IMG/VR virus record: IMGVR_UViG_3300027807_000001
Coordinates: 19,285 to 83,284 of that record
Source: a virus
Taxonomy: Duplodnaviria; Heunggongvirae; Uroviricota; Caudoviricetes
Reading direction: 5' to 3' (one strand)
Length of the DNA: 64,000 nucleotides
The notes below the pieces were generated by a model that saw only the letters and a list, made by a program, of their open reading frames with translations, was not told the DNA's origin and ran no database searches. Of this stretch, positions 33,721 through 42,903 are shown in pieces. How positions within the stretch are numbered: position 1 is the stretch's first letter; each line of letters begins with the position of its first letter. A program made the position numbers and the translations under genes.

Positions 33721-34114
33721 CGAAGAAGTTACAGACGAGATCGTAGAAGACACAGAAGTAGCGCACTACGACGCTTTCGCTGACCTTTGTAACAGGAAGC
33801 AGGGCGTCCAGTGCCCTAACCCCGAATGCGGAGATCATCTTTACTCGTATGTGGTTAATAAGAGCGTTAATTGTCGGTGTGGCCTGACATGGTCCTCGGG
33901 AGGATCCCTGTGCCTACGGTACGGCGTTGGATACCCTTTTACGCTCGCAGACGTGCGAGTCGTGAGCCAAAGGCTGGAAGATACCAGCTTTACTGCGCCC
34001 CACCCAGCAGAACCTAATATGGATGGCTTTGAGGAAGCTGTCGCTGAAGAGATGAATCAGACTGTAGAAGAGACCCTAGCTGATGGATCAGTGGTAGATC
34101 CAGAGGTGCCCTGA
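33704..34114 (+). CDS. acidic zinc-ribbon hypothetical protein (CPNPECGDH...CRCG)
   Basis: 136 aa. Confidence 0.5.
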   Translation: MNKMADEEVTDEIVEDTEVAHYDAFADLCNRKQGVQCPNPECGDHLYSYVVNKSVNCRCGLTWSSGGSLCLRYGVGYPFTLADVRVVSQRLEDTSFTAPHPAEPNMDGFEEAVAEEMNQTVEETLADGSVVDPEVP

Positions 34115-34315
34115 TGATCATTCTTAGTCTTATCGGCTACGCTTGTGTTGGCGGCGTAGTGGCGGGCTCTTAACCAGAGTAGTCAAGAGCGCGACTCAAA
34201 GAGAAATTGGAGACTACGATCTCTTCCTCACAGGAGTGCTGTGGCCTATGACCTTTTGTATGCTTACTGGGTGGATTTGCTATCGGGTAGCATTTAAGTA
34301 GATTAGTCGCCTTAT

Positions 34316-34351
34316 CCTCACAAAAAGACTAGAGGACTCAGAGTATAATAT
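34316..34351 (+). promoter_or_regulatory. promoter-like element (copy 6), 37-nt identical core with copy 7
   Basis: CCTCACAAAAAGACTAGAGGACTCAGAGTATAATAT. Confidence 0.5.
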
Positions 34352-34361
34352 AAAACAAGAT

Positions 34362-34769
34362 ATGGCAAATAAATTCAACTTTGCTTGGCAGTTAGTCCGT
34401 GTTCAAGCGCGAAAGATAAAAGATGTAGAACAGAAGATCCAAAAGGTCGTAGAGTATCTGAAGGAGAATCCTAACATCCATAATTATGATCGCGTTCATA
34501 ATTGGATGAAAATGACTGCCCTTGGGTACAAAGGCAATACCGCAGCAATCTCCCTTTTTAATCAAGCCATTAAAGAACTAGAGGATCACAAGAGTAAGTA
34601 TGATGATCCTTTCGATAATGAGGCAGATCTTCATCTTGCCAAGACAGAAGATCTAAAAGCGGTGCTGACAGATTTAAATAGTCGGAAGTATGATTTCCAA
34701 TACTCATCTGTACCTAAAGCTCATACGGAATTTGTTAAACAGTTAGAGACAGAACTGAAGTCGCGGTAG
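34362..34769 (+). CDS. hypothetical protein (135 aa)
   Basis: first ATG after promoter copy 6. Confidence 0.5.
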   Translation: MANKFNFAWQLVRVQARKIKDVEQKIQKVVEYLKENPNIHNYDRVHNWMKMTALGYKGNTAAISLFNQAIKELEDHKSKYDDPFDNEADLHLAKTEDLKAVLTDLNSRKYDFQYSSVPKAHTEFVKQLETELKSR

Positions 34770-34770
34770 C

Positions 34771-34977
34771 ATGAAGCTTCGTCGCCCCAAAGAACTTTGC
34801 TGCTTAATAAACTACAAGCTAACGTGCATCTATTGTAGAATCGTTTGGTGCAAAGATCACCACGATAATTCACGGAATGTAGTAGGCGCTCCATGCACGC
34901 AGCGAATAGGTAACTATGCGCCGGACGGGCACTGGAGCACTCCAGTTGGTCCAGAGGATAGAATCTCTTTTGGCTAA
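34771..34977 (+). CDS. LCC-family mini-protein (LCCLINY)
   Basis: KELCCLINYKLTCIYCRIVWC. Confidence 0.55.
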   Translation: MKLRRPKELCCLINYKLTCIYCRIVWCKDHHDNSRNVVGAPCTQRIGNYAPDGHWSTPVGPEDRISFG

Positions 34978-34990
34978 AATAAAAATTGAA

Positions 34991-35296
34991 GTGGTCCGAG
35001 ATGTAAGACCGACAGATTCAAATCTCTGTTGTGTTATTCATCCTGATTATTGTTGTCTCTATTGTGGGCAGAAGTTATGTAAGATGTGCGCACAGCGTTG
35101 GTCAGGACGAAAACATTTCATCCTTGATCAGTGCAGAAAGAGATTTACCGAGAGCGACATCCTTGCAGCTAACATCTGCTTTAAGAAGAGATTCGTCAAT
35201 GGTGAAATACCAAAGGGTCTTGGAGATTGTAAGATCTGTCTTAGTAAGAAAAAGTTGGGCATAAATGACCGAGGGAGGATATCCCTAGATGACTAA
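34991..35296 (+). CDS. LCC-family protein (LCCVIHP), GTG start inferred
   Basis: NLCCVIHPDYCCLYCGQKLCKMC; track ATG 34916 lies inside the previous gene. Confidence 0.45.
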   Translation: MVRDVRPTDSNLCCVIHPDYCCLYCGQKLCKMCAQRWSGRKHFILDQCRKRFTESDILAANICFKKRFVNGEIPKGLGDCKICLSKKKLGINDRGRISLDD

Positions 35297-35332
35297 TATA
35301 GAAGACATCTGGATTGATCTAGGTGGAGAAGG

Positions 35333-35563
35333 ATGATCACCAGGGCACCCAGTGGAAGAATGGAAGATAAGAAAGATTTAGCTTGCGTAGTTAACGGCTG
35401 TACTCCCAAACAAGTAGCGGATCTTGAGAGACAGGGCAAGGGGCTTGAAGCGCTTGTCCCTGGCGGCGACTATTGCGACAGATGCGGAAGCGCAATGCGC
35501 ATCTCCCAGATGTGGGCAGGAATGAAATGGAGATACTCTTGGTATAAGTTGCCTCACAGCTAG
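35333..35563 (+). CDS. Cys-rich subfamily B protein (LACVVNGC)
   Basis: subfamily B motif; CDRCGS. Confidence 0.5.
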   Translation: MITRAPSGRMEDKKDLACVVNGCTPKQVADLERQGKGLEALVPGGDYCDRCGSAMRISQMWAGMKWRYSWYKLPHS

Positions 35564-35598
35564 AACGCCGCAGCCCTCCTATTACAATACCTTATTGC

Positions 35599-35799
35599 AT
35601 GAATACGCCACTATGTTGTATCATCAACTCGTATGTTGTATGTGAGTGTAAAGGGAGGCTGTGTATGGATCATTGGACAGAGGCAGTCAAAGATCCTGTA
35701 GCAGAATGGCTATGCCCTAACTGCAAGCGAACATGGAAGGACAAATACAGCATAGTGACACTTCCTGTCGTTAACGTTATACATAACAAGCAGCTGTGA
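35599..35799 (+). CDS. LCC-family mini-protein (LCCIINS)
   Basis: MNTPLCCIINSYVVCECKGRLC...CPNC. Confidence 0.55.
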   Translation: MNTPLCCIINSYVVCECKGRLCMDHWTEAVKDPVAEWLCPNCKRTWKDKYSIVTLPVVNVIHNKQL

Positions 35800-36002
35800 A
35801 CTCTAAACTCTGTTGTTGCGTTAATACCTGGAGTAAATGTTCTCTCTGTGGGAAAAGATGGTGCGCCGAGTGCTGGGATGCTGAAAAAGAAGATCACCGT
35901 GATTCAGATAAGCTAAATATATGCCCATCTGCGGGCGTTCAATTGCATTGGGTTAAGCCGCTTAGGCAACCCTATACTTTAGAAGAAAGGCGCTTACGAT
36001 AA
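35796..36002 (+). CDS. LCC-family mini-protein (LCCCVNT)
   Basis: ATGA overlap; MNSKLCCCVNTWSKCSLCGKRWC. Confidence 0.55.
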   Translation: MNSKLCCCVNTWSKCSLCGKRWCAECWDAEKEDHRDSDKLNICPSAGVQLHWVKPLRQPYTLEERRLR

Positions 36003-36202
36003 TGAATTCTCGCCTTTGCTGCGTAGTTAATACCGAGGTGGCCTGTTCTATCTGTAGCAAGAGATGGTGCGCACTCGACTGGCTATCCGAGAGAAGAGAC
36101 CATAGAGATCGAACTGCGTATACCAGGTGTCCTCGCACGAATCAAAAAGTTTACCACTCGGCAGGCACAGTCCCGCCATATACGCTGGTATCTGTCGAAT
36201 AG
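36002..36202 (+). CDS. LCC-family mini-protein (LCCVVNT)
   Basis: TAATG overlap; close paralog of the previous gene. Confidence 0.55.
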   Translation: MNSRLCCVVNTEVACSICSKRWCALDWLSERRDHRDRTAYTRCPRTNQKVYHSAGTVPPYTLVSVE

Positions 36203-36214
36203 CCTTTAACAACC

Positions 36215-36436
36215 ATGAAAATCCCGAAGAGGGGGCTTTGTTGTATTGTCCATCCAGTATGGATATGTCTATCGTGTAACGATAGACAGTGTTATGAGTG
36301 TTGGGAGCAATGGTGCTCATTACATATAGAAAAACGACGAGGTAGCACACCTATCAGGGATTATATTTGCCAGGTGACAGGCAAAACTCTTCGGGTTACC
36401 CACGACACCGGCATTAACATTTGGCATGAGATTTGA
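36215..36436 (+). CDS. LCC-family mini-protein (LCCIVHP)
   Basis: GLCCIVHPVWICLSCNDRQCYEC. Confidence 0.55.
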   Translation: MKIPKRGLCCIVHPVWICLSCNDRQCYECWEQWCSLHIEKRRGSTPIRDYICQVTGKTLRVTHDTGINIWHEI

Positions 36437-36439
36437 TTC

Positions 36440-37819
36440 ATGGATAAACTAACAGAAGTTCTTGAGCGTATAGTCTCACAAGGAGGCGAGCCTTATTTTG
36501 TCGGTGGATACGTTCGCGATCATGTTCTGAAGATGTCTAGTAAGGATATAGACATAGAGGTGTTTAATATGTCGCTAGATGTTCTTCAGAAGACGTTAGA
36601 AACTTTCGGTACCGTAGATCTTGTCGGCAAACAGTTCGGTGTACTGAAGGTGCACGAATTGCCTAATGTAGATTTTAGTATACCTAGGCGCGATAATAAG
36701 ACGGGAGTAGGCCATAAAGATTTTAAAGTAGAGCTGTGGGAGGGTGCTACTTTAGAACAAGCAGCGTCCCGCAGGGATCTTACTATGAACAGTATGTTCA
36801 TGCGTCCCAGCGACCAGCAGATAATTGATCCCTTCAATGGATTAATTGATATGGCGAAGGGAAAGTTAAGAGCAACCACGCTCTCCACTTTTCTAGAAGA
36901 TCCCCTAAGGCCATTAAGAGTGGCGCAATTCATATCGCGCTTCCCTCAAATGGGTCCCGATGATGAGTTAGTTTCCCTTTGTTCAAAGGCAGATCTCTCT
37001 CATCTGCCAGGAGAAAGAGTATGGGAAGAGTTTCGAAAACTTCTACTAAAGGGAAGTCGTCCCGATCTCGCTCTAGATTTTCTCGAGCACACTGGATTGT
37101 TGAGATTCTTCCCGGAGGTCAAGGCTACCATTGGGTGCATGCAACATCCAGTCTTCCACGCGGAGGGAGACGTCTTTACTCATACTAAGATGGCTCTCAA
37201 GGTAGCCACTACTCTTAAAGGTAGTGACGAGAAAGAGAATCTTCTTTTGATGTTGGCGACGCTTTGTCACGACTTTGGCAAACCTCTGACGACAGAATGG
37301 AGCCACGAGAAGCAACGACTTGTGTCGAATGGCCATGATGTTGCAGGCGTTAAGCCTGCAGAAGACTTCTTAAAGAGAATGAAAGCTCCATCGGAAGTTG
37401 TCGATGCAGTTAAAGTTCTTGTCAAAGAACATTTAAAGCCCTTTGAGTTGGTAAGAGAGAATGCTGGAGCGGCAGCATACAGACGCCTTGCTCGCCGTAT
37501 GAATGGCACTTCTCTAAATCTCTTGGCAAAGTTATCCATCGCTGACGGAGATGGACGTATTTGTTACGATGAGAAGCATCAGACGCGCGATGACATAAAT
37601 ACCTTTCTCGCGAAGGCAAGTGAGATAGGCGTTCATAATCTGGATTCAATTCCTGAAGATGTAGTCAAAGGAAGACACCTCCTTGAAGAGGGGTTACAGC
37701 CAGGTCCTCTTATAGGTAAGATCCTGCAGGAGTGCCGGGCTTATCAAGACGAGTCTGGAGAAAAAGATCCTAAGAAGATTCTCGGAGTAGTATTCGCCAG
37801 GAATACAAGAGGACAGTGA
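36440..37819 (+). CDS. cca: CCA-adding tRNA nucleotidyltransferase with C-terminal HD domain
   Basis: polymerase-beta head GGYVRD...DIDIEV, RRDLTMNSM motif, HD signature LCHDFGKP; 459 aa. Confidence 0.8.
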   Translation: MDKLTEVLERIVSQGGEPYFVGGYVRDHVLKMSSKDIDIEVFNMSLDVLQKTLETFGTVDLVGKQFGVLKVHELPNVDFSIPRRDNKTGVGHKDFKVELWEGATLEQAASRRDLTMNSMFMRPSDQQIIDPFNGLIDMAKGKLRATTLSTFLEDPLRPLRVAQFISRFPQMGPDDELVSLCSKADLSHLPGERVWEEFRKLLLKGSRPDLALDFLEHTGLLRFFPEVKATIGCMQHPVFHAEGDVFTHTKMALKVATTLKGSDEKENLLLMLATLCHDFGKPLTTEWSHEKQRLVSNGHDVAGVKPAEDFLKRMKAPSEVVDAVKVLVKEHLKPFELVRENAGAAAYRRLARRMNGTSLNLLAKLSIADGDGRICYDEKHQTRDDINTFLAKASEIGVHNLDSIPEDVVKGRHLLEEGLQPGPLIGKILQECRAYQDESGEKDPKKILGVVFARNTRGQ

Positions 37820-37838
37820 ATTTCAGGAAGGAGACGAG

Positions 37839-37994
37839 ATGTGTAAATGGCCTCGAGGTTGTCGCAGAAAAGCGAGAGTATGGACTTTCGTTTCTCGACC
37901 AGGTATGGTAAATCATGCGTTCGGGAAGATGTGTAAAATACATGCAGCGGGCCTACAAATGTATTTTGGAAGTCTTATCAAGGTGCTGCCCTAA
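37839..37994 (+). CDS. small Cys-containing protein (51 aa)
   Basis: SD AGGAGACGAG; its TAATG junction with the next gene argues against the overlapping track ORF 37915-38142. Confidence 0.35.
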   Translation: MCKWPRGCRRKARVWTFVSRPGMVNHAFGKMCKIHAAGLQMYFGSLIKVLP

Positions 37995-38314
37995 TGTTGC
38001 CGAAAAGAGGGGATATAGTAAAGATAGATCAGCCGGTGCAGGCTCTGCCTGTTTACTCGTCCGGTGGGGGCCTTCTAAAGGATGGAGAAGCACAGACCTT
38101 CTTAGAAGGGACACTACTCCGATACCTTCGCACGACAGGTAGTAGTGTTGTAGTGCAACCAATTAATCCACCTAAGGTGCGGAGGATGTTGAAGATTGTT
38201 AATCCCGATACGAATAATCGGCAGACCTATCTTTTAGATGCTTATTCTGTCTCATTCTACTGTAAGAGAGAAGAGCTAAACTGGAATAAGAATGAAAGTC
38301 AGAACAGCCATTAG
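37994..38314 (+). CDS. hypothetical protein (KOW-like KRGDIVKI N-terminus)
   Basis: TAATG overlap. Confidence 0.5.
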   Translation: MLPKRGDIVKIDQPVQALPVYSSGGGLLKDGEAQTFLEGTLLRYLRTTGSSVVVQPINPPKVRRMLKIVNPDTNNRQTYLLDAYSVSFYCKREELNWNKNESQNSH

Positions 38315-38546
38315 CGACGCAAAAATACTTTTCGTATTTGAAATTAACGTATGGGAAGCTGCCAAGTGGCATCTCACCGGCACATCTCTCACCGACGAGC
38401 TTGACGCTAGAGCGTGTAAAGCCGCCGGAATTAATCCTACAGACCCTACCATCGTTATAAAACAACAAGTTACAAACACTCCCGGTTGGCTTTTTCGAGT
38501 GACAATACAGCGCACAGTGTGGAAGGAATTTAAGGAATTCCCGTGA
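38292..38546 (+). CDS. hypothetical protein
   Basis: 84 aa. Confidence 0.45.
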   Translation: MKVRTAISDAKILFVFEINVWEAAKWHLTGTSLTDELDARACKAAGINPTDPTIVIKQQVTNTPGWLFRVTIQRTVWKEFKEFP

Positions 38547-38818
38547 GTTTCTTCGCTAAAACAAGAATAGGCTCTATCGTAAAAATTACAGGGGGCGTAC
38601 TCCGGGACAAGTATGCCATGATTGTAGGGGTCTTCCCTAAGACAAAAACCGCTGATGCGGGAGTCGCTGTCATAGTAGATCCTTCTGATTGGCCTGCGGA
38701 GGTCCCTTCTGCCTTTAATGCTATTTATGTTTTAGAAGAACGCGTCCTGGAGCTCACAAAAGAAGAACAGGCTTTGCTAAAACTCAAGTTCCCTAATCCA
38801 GATCAGTTTGAGGAATAG
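38543..38818 (+). CDS. hypothetical protein (GSIVKITGG KOW-like)
   Basis: ATGA-type overlap. Confidence 0.5.
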   Translation: MSFFAKTRIGSIVKITGGVLRDKYAMIVGVFPKTKTADAGVAVIVDPSDWPAEVPSAFNAIYVLEERVLELTKEEQALLKLKFPNPDQFEE

Positions 38819-39040
38819 ATGAAGCCACCGAAGAAGCGCAAGTCAGGTTCTCACAAGCCTAAACTATGTTGCCTTGTGGCAAAGGCATCTCCAATGCCTA
38901 GAGATGTCTTTTGTGTTAGGTGTCGTGAAATTTGGTGCAACATGTGTTACCGTTCGTTTGAAAGCGAAAATTATACACACATTGGGTGCGGTGGTCAATT
39001 GTACTTCGAGAGCGTTAGAGAAAGGTTAGAGAAAGAATGA
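38819..39040 (+). CDS. LCC-family divergent member (LCCLVA...CVRCREIWCNMC)
   Basis: LCC plus CxxC and WCxxC. Confidence 0.5.
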   Translation: MKPPKKRKSGSHKPKLCCLVAKASPMPRDVFCVRCREIWCNMCYRSFESENYTHIGCGGQLYFESVRERLEKE

Positions 39041-39047
39041 GAGCGCT

Positions 39048-39164
39048 ATGGCTAAAAAATTCAAAAGAGTATCGCGACTTAGCAAAAAACCATCCCCGGT
39101 AAAGAAGAAAGTTTTTATGTTACGTACTGTCGGTATCAATCTCAAATACAAGAGGACTAAATGA
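39048..39164 (+). CDS. small basic protein (38 aa)
   Basis: ATG with K/R-rich product; TGA/ATG junction with the next gene. Confidence 0.3.
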   Translation: MAKKFKRVSRLSKKPSPVKKKVFMLRTVGINLKYKRTK

Positions 39165-39517
39165 AACAGAAGATCGACGATCTCAAGCAAGGATTTACCT
39201 GGGTAAAAGTTAAGCACTACAATACTCCGGAGTACAAAGCGACTCATGTCGCTTTGGTCAAAGATGGCGAAGTTTTTGTGGGGATAGCTAGGGCTAATCC
39301 TAACGACCAATTTAGCAGAGCCATCGGGAGAGAGGTGGCCCTCGGCCGCGCGATGCACGTTTGGAAAGTGCATGTGGGCATTATTCAGGAGAGAGCCAGA
39401 GCGTTAGCACTGGGGCGCAAGACCGCCTACGTTCGAAAGTATGAGACGGTCGAGGAGCTGGAGAAGATCCTCCAAGAGGAGGTCTTTTCCGGGGAGGCCG
39501 TTCTCTCCCCACTCTAG
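39161..39517 (+). CDS. hypothetical protein (118 aa)
   Basis: ATGA overlap. Confidence 0.5.
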   Translation: MKQKIDDLKQGFTWVKVKHYNTPEYKATHVALVKDGEVFVGIARANPNDQFSRAIGREVALGRAMHVWKVHVGIIQERARALALGRKTAYVRKYETVEELEKILQEEVFSGEAVLSPL

Positions 39518-39526
39518 AACTAATCT

Positions 39527-39661
39527 ATGGACAGTCTTCCCGACTTCAACAGGATAATCATAGACGTGGCGGCCGCTGCTTTGCTCTGCTTGGGGATCTT
39601 AGGGGGGGGGGCTTATGTATCTTTTTTATTGTCCATGACGCGTATAAGTCTTTGGGGCTAA
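39527..39661 (+). CDS. small membrane protein containing a G10 homopolymer tract
   Basis: MDSLPDF...LGILGGGAYVSFLL; G10 at 39602-39611 encodes GGG. Confidence 0.35.
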   Translation: MDSLPDFNRIIIDVAAAALLCLGILGGGAYVSFLLSMTRISLWG

Positions 39662-39846
39662 AGATTATACTAATGCCAGTAGGGGTAGCAGTACTATGGG
39701 CAGCTGGCCACTGTATTAGTGGGAGGGCTGCTGCTCAGCAGGTTCCATGCAGGGGATGTCATACTTACAGATATGGAAACATATTCAGCGAGTACTGGCA
39801 CAAAAGGGCGTGTCTTCCCTTCTTAACGGAGAAAGTTGGTGGATAA
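39652..39846 (+). CDS. hypothetical Cys/His-containing protein (TTG start in track)
   Basis: start uncertain; frame relation to the previous ORF depends on G-tract length. Confidence 0.3.
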   Translation: MGLKIILMPVGVAVLWAAGHCISGRAAAQQVPCRGCHTYRYGNIFSEYWHKRACLPFLTEKVGG

Positions 39847-40087
39847 TAAACTCTGCTGTTTAGTGAATAGAGTCTACGGAAACTCTCTTCGCGGAAAGAA
39901 TTATTGTGTTCGTTGCGACAAGATATTCTGTTCATTCACCTGCGAAGAAGAGACGCCTTGTGATACTCCTCAGCACAGGCACTTCACCTTCATCTTATTG
40001 CCGGGAACACAGTGGACTCCTAGCACGCACCCAGACAAAGAAGGCACAAGACAAAGGCTTGATTTAAGCCGTAACTACGATAAATGA
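39836..40087 (+). CDS. LCC-family mini-protein (LCCLVNR)
   Basis: MVDNKLCCLVNRVYGNSLRGKNYCVRCDKIFC. Confidence 0.55.
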   Translation: MVDNKLCCLVNRVYGNSLRGKNYCVRCDKIFCSFTCEEETPCDTPQHRHFTFILLPGTQWTPSTHPDKEGTRQRLDLSRNYDK

Positions 40088-41223
40088 AAAATCTAAACTC
40101 GTTGTTCATTGAGCATGGGCTTTATGATAAGCACACGCTAGATCTGTATGCGGAAAGACATACGGTACGCTTGCGTATGTCTGAAAGGCTACCCCATCTC
40201 GGCATCCTTCACTACCGAGATGATGTTGTTTTCGGGAAAGGTCAATGGACTGACTTTACAAAATCGTGCCGCGGAGTAGTTGTAGATTTCAATCAAAAGA
40301 AAATCTTGGCGCAAGGGTACAATAAGTTCTTTAACCTGGGAGAAGCTGAAGCGCCTTCACTCAGGGAGCTAGAAGCGAAGGGCGAATTTGTCGTGACAGA
40401 GAAGTTAGATGGATCTATGATTCTTCTCTTTTGGGATGAGACGACAAAACAGTTTGTCGCTACAACCAAAGGCTCGATAGACTCCGAGCAGGGCCAACAT
40501 GCCACAACACTAATCCCTTCTTCTGTCCGCGATGTTAAACTCGTTCAATCGCATACTTTAATGTTCGAGCTCATTTCCCCCAAGTATCAAATTGTCGTCC
40601 CGTACGACAAGATTGGGTACGAAGAAGGACTCTACTTGATCGGAGTTCGCGAGTTAAAGTCGGAGAAGATCTTCTCTCCTAAAGAAGTTCTCGCCTTTGC
40701 GAAAGAGTATAATCTCAAGGCATACAAGACTTACCCCTTCGCAAGTCTCCAAGCTGTCGTAGAGGATGTCAAAGAGCTCCCATACACTCGCGAAGGATTC
40801 GTTGTTGTTTACAACGATGCGATGGTAAAGATCAAAGGTAAAGAGTATCTGCGTGTCCATAGGTTCATCTCTACCCTCAGCGATAAGAACTTGTTGGATG
40901 TAATGATTGCAGGTGAAGATAAGAATGTTGTCGAGAACATAGGATCAGTTCCTGAGGAGTACAGACAGGACGTACTCGATACGTTTGCTAACTTCAAAAG
41001 AAAGGCGCTGGACTTTCAGAAGCAGTGCTACTCTTACTTCGCAGACGTAGTAGGAAAGATTCCTGCTGATACACAGAAGATTGAGAATCAGAAGAGGAAA
41101 GCGTTCGCAGCACATGTACAGTCAATCCCTGAAGAGTACAGAGGCTTCTTATTTAAGATGTATGATCACAAAGAGCCGGAACTGACTCAGATTTATATGC
41201 TGTTCAAGAGAAGAGGGGTATGA
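40084..41223 (+). CDS. ATP-dependent RNA ligase (Rnl-like nucleotidyltransferase)
   Basis: motif I TEKLDGSM (KxDG lysine nucleotidyltransferase); size and neighbourhood (CCA enzyme, Pnkp, tRNAs) fit an RNA repair ligase. Confidence 0.65.
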   Translation: MKNLNSLFIEHGLYDKHTLDLYAERHTVRLRMSERLPHLGILHYRDDVVFGKGQWTDFTKSCRGVVVDFNQKKILAQGYNKFFNLGEAEAPSLRELEAKGEFVVTEKLDGSMILLFWDETTKQFVATTKGSIDSEQGQHATTLIPSSVRDVKLVQSHTLMFELISPKYQIVVPYDKIGYEEGLYLIGVRELKSEKIFSPKEVLAFAKEYNLKAYKTYPFASLQAVVEDVKELPYTREGFVVVYNDAMVKIKGKEYLRVHRFISTLSDKNLLDVMIAGEDKNVVENIGSVPEEYRQDVLDTFANFKRKALDFQKQCYSYFADVVGKIPADTQKIENQKRKAFAAHVQSIPEEYRGFLFKMYDHKEPELTQIYMLFKRRGV

Positions 41224-41495
41224 TAAACAGAATACTGTGTTGGTATGGACATCACATGTGGACTTATCAAATTCATGTTCCAAGTCGCTGTGTCGATGAA
41301 CGTTTCTGCAAGAGCTGTAGGAAGACAGAGAACGTTTTACGACATCGATGGAGCAAATGGATAGTAGAGTTCTGGGGCAGCGAGACCCGTCAAACAGATG
41401 GAACTATTACTACCCATAAGATCGCGGTACAGACACGAGTGTGCGTAGATTGTAGTTTAAGGGAGTCGAACGAATATCACGCAAGGAAAGTATAA
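41220..41495 (+). CDS. zinc-finger hypothetical (ILCWYGHH...CKSC...CVDC), subfamily B-like
   Basis: ATGA overlap. Confidence 0.5.
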   Translation: MINRILCWYGHHMWTYQIHVPSRCVDERFCKSCRKTENVLRHRWSKWIVEFWGSETRQTDGTITTHKIAVQTRVCVDCSLRESNEYHARKV

Positions 41496-41659
41496 TGAAC
41501 ACCGCTTGGGCTGCATGGTCCCTTATCTGCGTAGCACTTATGGCTAACGGAGCAAGGAACAGATACAATATCTACGGTTGGAAGGATAAATGGTTCGGTA
41601 TCTTTTTAGTAGGAACTGTTTATAACGCAGTGGGGTTCTGGTTATTCCTAACTCACTAA
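41495..41659 (+). CDS. small membrane protein (54 aa)
   Basis: TAATG overlaps on both sides; hydrophobic. Confidence 0.35.
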   Translation: MNTAWAAWSLICVALMANGARNRYNIYGWKDKWFGIFLVGTVYNAVGFWLFLTH

Positions 41660-42084
41660 TGAGCATGGATCTTGTCTTTTTCTTCAGTGCACTAGCACTT
41701 CCCAGCTATATGCTAGTCTGCTTAGCAGATGTAGTGTTAGCAACCAGCTTAGAGAAGAAGCTACATTACTACCCACTGATAGACTTTGATTGCTTCTGCG
41801 GAAAGCACTGGAGCAATCTGTCGTCTCCAATTCTATTTCCTAATAGACTATACGACCTATATAAAATACACAGGCACATTAGTAGATGTCTCCCATGGAT
41901 AATGGTCGCAGAATTCAACGGGCTAACCCCTTACTGGGGATCTAGCCTAGCAGAAGACTTATCAAAACCTTCGGTGCTGTCAAGCTTTATAACCAAAGAA
42001 TGGCTCTTGAAGAAGGCTAGATTCAGAAGTCAAAGAGTAAGGGCAGGAAGAGATCCTTTTGATGACAGTGATGGACGCAAATAG
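41659..42084 (+). CDS. hypothetical protein with N-terminal transmembrane segment
   Basis: 141 aa; its stop abuts the tRNA-Leu 5' end. Confidence 0.5.
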   Translation: MSMDLVFFFSALALPSYMLVCLADVVLATSLEKKLHYYPLIDFDCFCGKHWSNLSSPILFPNRLYDLYKIHRHISRCLPWIMVAEFNGLTPYWGSSLAEDLSKPSVLSSFITKEWLLKKARFRSQRVRAGRDPFDDSDGRK

Positions 42085-42166
42085 GTCTAGTGGTGAAATG
42101 GCAAACACTGGAGACTTAAAATCTCCCGCTCGCAAGGGCTTGTGGGTTCGAGTCCCACCTAGACCA
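42084..42166 (+). tRNA. tRNA-Leu (anticodon TAA) with long variable arm
   Basis: acceptor GGTCTAG/CTAGACC, anticodon arm GGAGA-CTTAAAA-TCTCC, 15-nt variable arm, T-arm GTGGG-TTCGAGT-CCCAC, CCA encoded. Confidence 0.75.
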
Positions 42167-42173
42167 CCAATTT

Positions 42174-42398
42174 ATGTCTAAATTACAATTCTGGATTGTT
42201 AAATACGATCGTGGAGAAAAGTCTCACGCGACCGGATGGAATGCAGGGCAAGCCTTCGGGTGCTCATCTATTTGTAGAATGGGCCCGTATAACTGCCCAG
42301 AAGTAAGTCGTGCACCTTTTGACGGAAAGAACTTCCCCTCTTGTGTCCCCTGTGCGAAGTTAACTCAAAAGATGCTCCCAATGATAGCGATCAAATAA
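42174..42398 (+). CDS. hypothetical Cys-containing protein
   Basis: 74 aa. Confidence 0.45.
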   Translation: MSKLQFWIVKYDRGEKSHATGWNAGQAFGCSSICRMGPYNCPEVSRAPFDGKNFPSCVPCAKLTQKMLPMIAIK

Positions 42399-42400
42399 TT

Positions 42401-42694
42401 ATGGCAGACCTCTGTTGCTACGTATCTCCTATAATCAATACGGAGTACCCTTACTCTTATTGCTACTGTGTTCATTGTCATGATCTTATCTGCAATGAAT
42501 GCTCCGGAAAATTTCTTTACATTTCTGATGATGATGGAAGTGGATACTTTCACCACCAGAAATGTAAAGAAATCTGCGATGAGAATCCCTCCATTTATAA
42601 CAGTCAGTGGCATGAAAAGTACCCACGAACAGAGGATTGTAATGATCATGCCCTCTGCTTAAAAAGAAAGATTGTCACCGGGAAGAAGCCTTGA
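42401..42694 (+). CDS. LCC-family protein (LCCYVSP)
   Basis: MADLCCYVSPIINTEYPYSYCYCVHCHDLICNEC. Confidence 0.55.
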   Translation: MADLCCYVSPIINTEYPYSYCYCVHCHDLICNECSGKFLYISDDDGSGYFHHQKCKEICDENPSIYNSQWHEKYPRTEDCNDHALCLKRKIVTGKKP

Positions 42695-42903
42695 ACAGCA
42701 ACCTCTGTTGCCTCGCTAAAGCAGCGTATAGGTGCTGCGGATGCCATATAACTCTCTGCGAAGACCATTCCACAGAATACACAGCACCTATATGCGCTAC
42801 ACCACATAGGGTTACCATAGCCGCAGGGTCCCGTGTATGCCACGCGCATCCTCTAGATGATTTTGTTTTTGAAGAGGGGGCTTGGAGATTTTGGCATGAA
42901 TGA
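42691..42903 (+). CDS. LCC-family mini-protein (LCCLAKA)
   Basis: ATGA overlap; MNSNLCCLAKAAYRCCGCHITLC. Confidence 0.55.
   Translation: MNSNLCCLAKAAYRCCGCHITLCEDHSTEYTAPICATPHRVTIAAGSRVCHAHPLDDFVFEEGAWRFWHE

Noticed and set aside
37915-38162. + ORF 37915-38142 and minus ORF 37953-38162
   Set aside because: Two SD-led plus-strand ORFs (37839-37994 and 37994-38314) joined by a TAATG junction fit the local gene architecture better.
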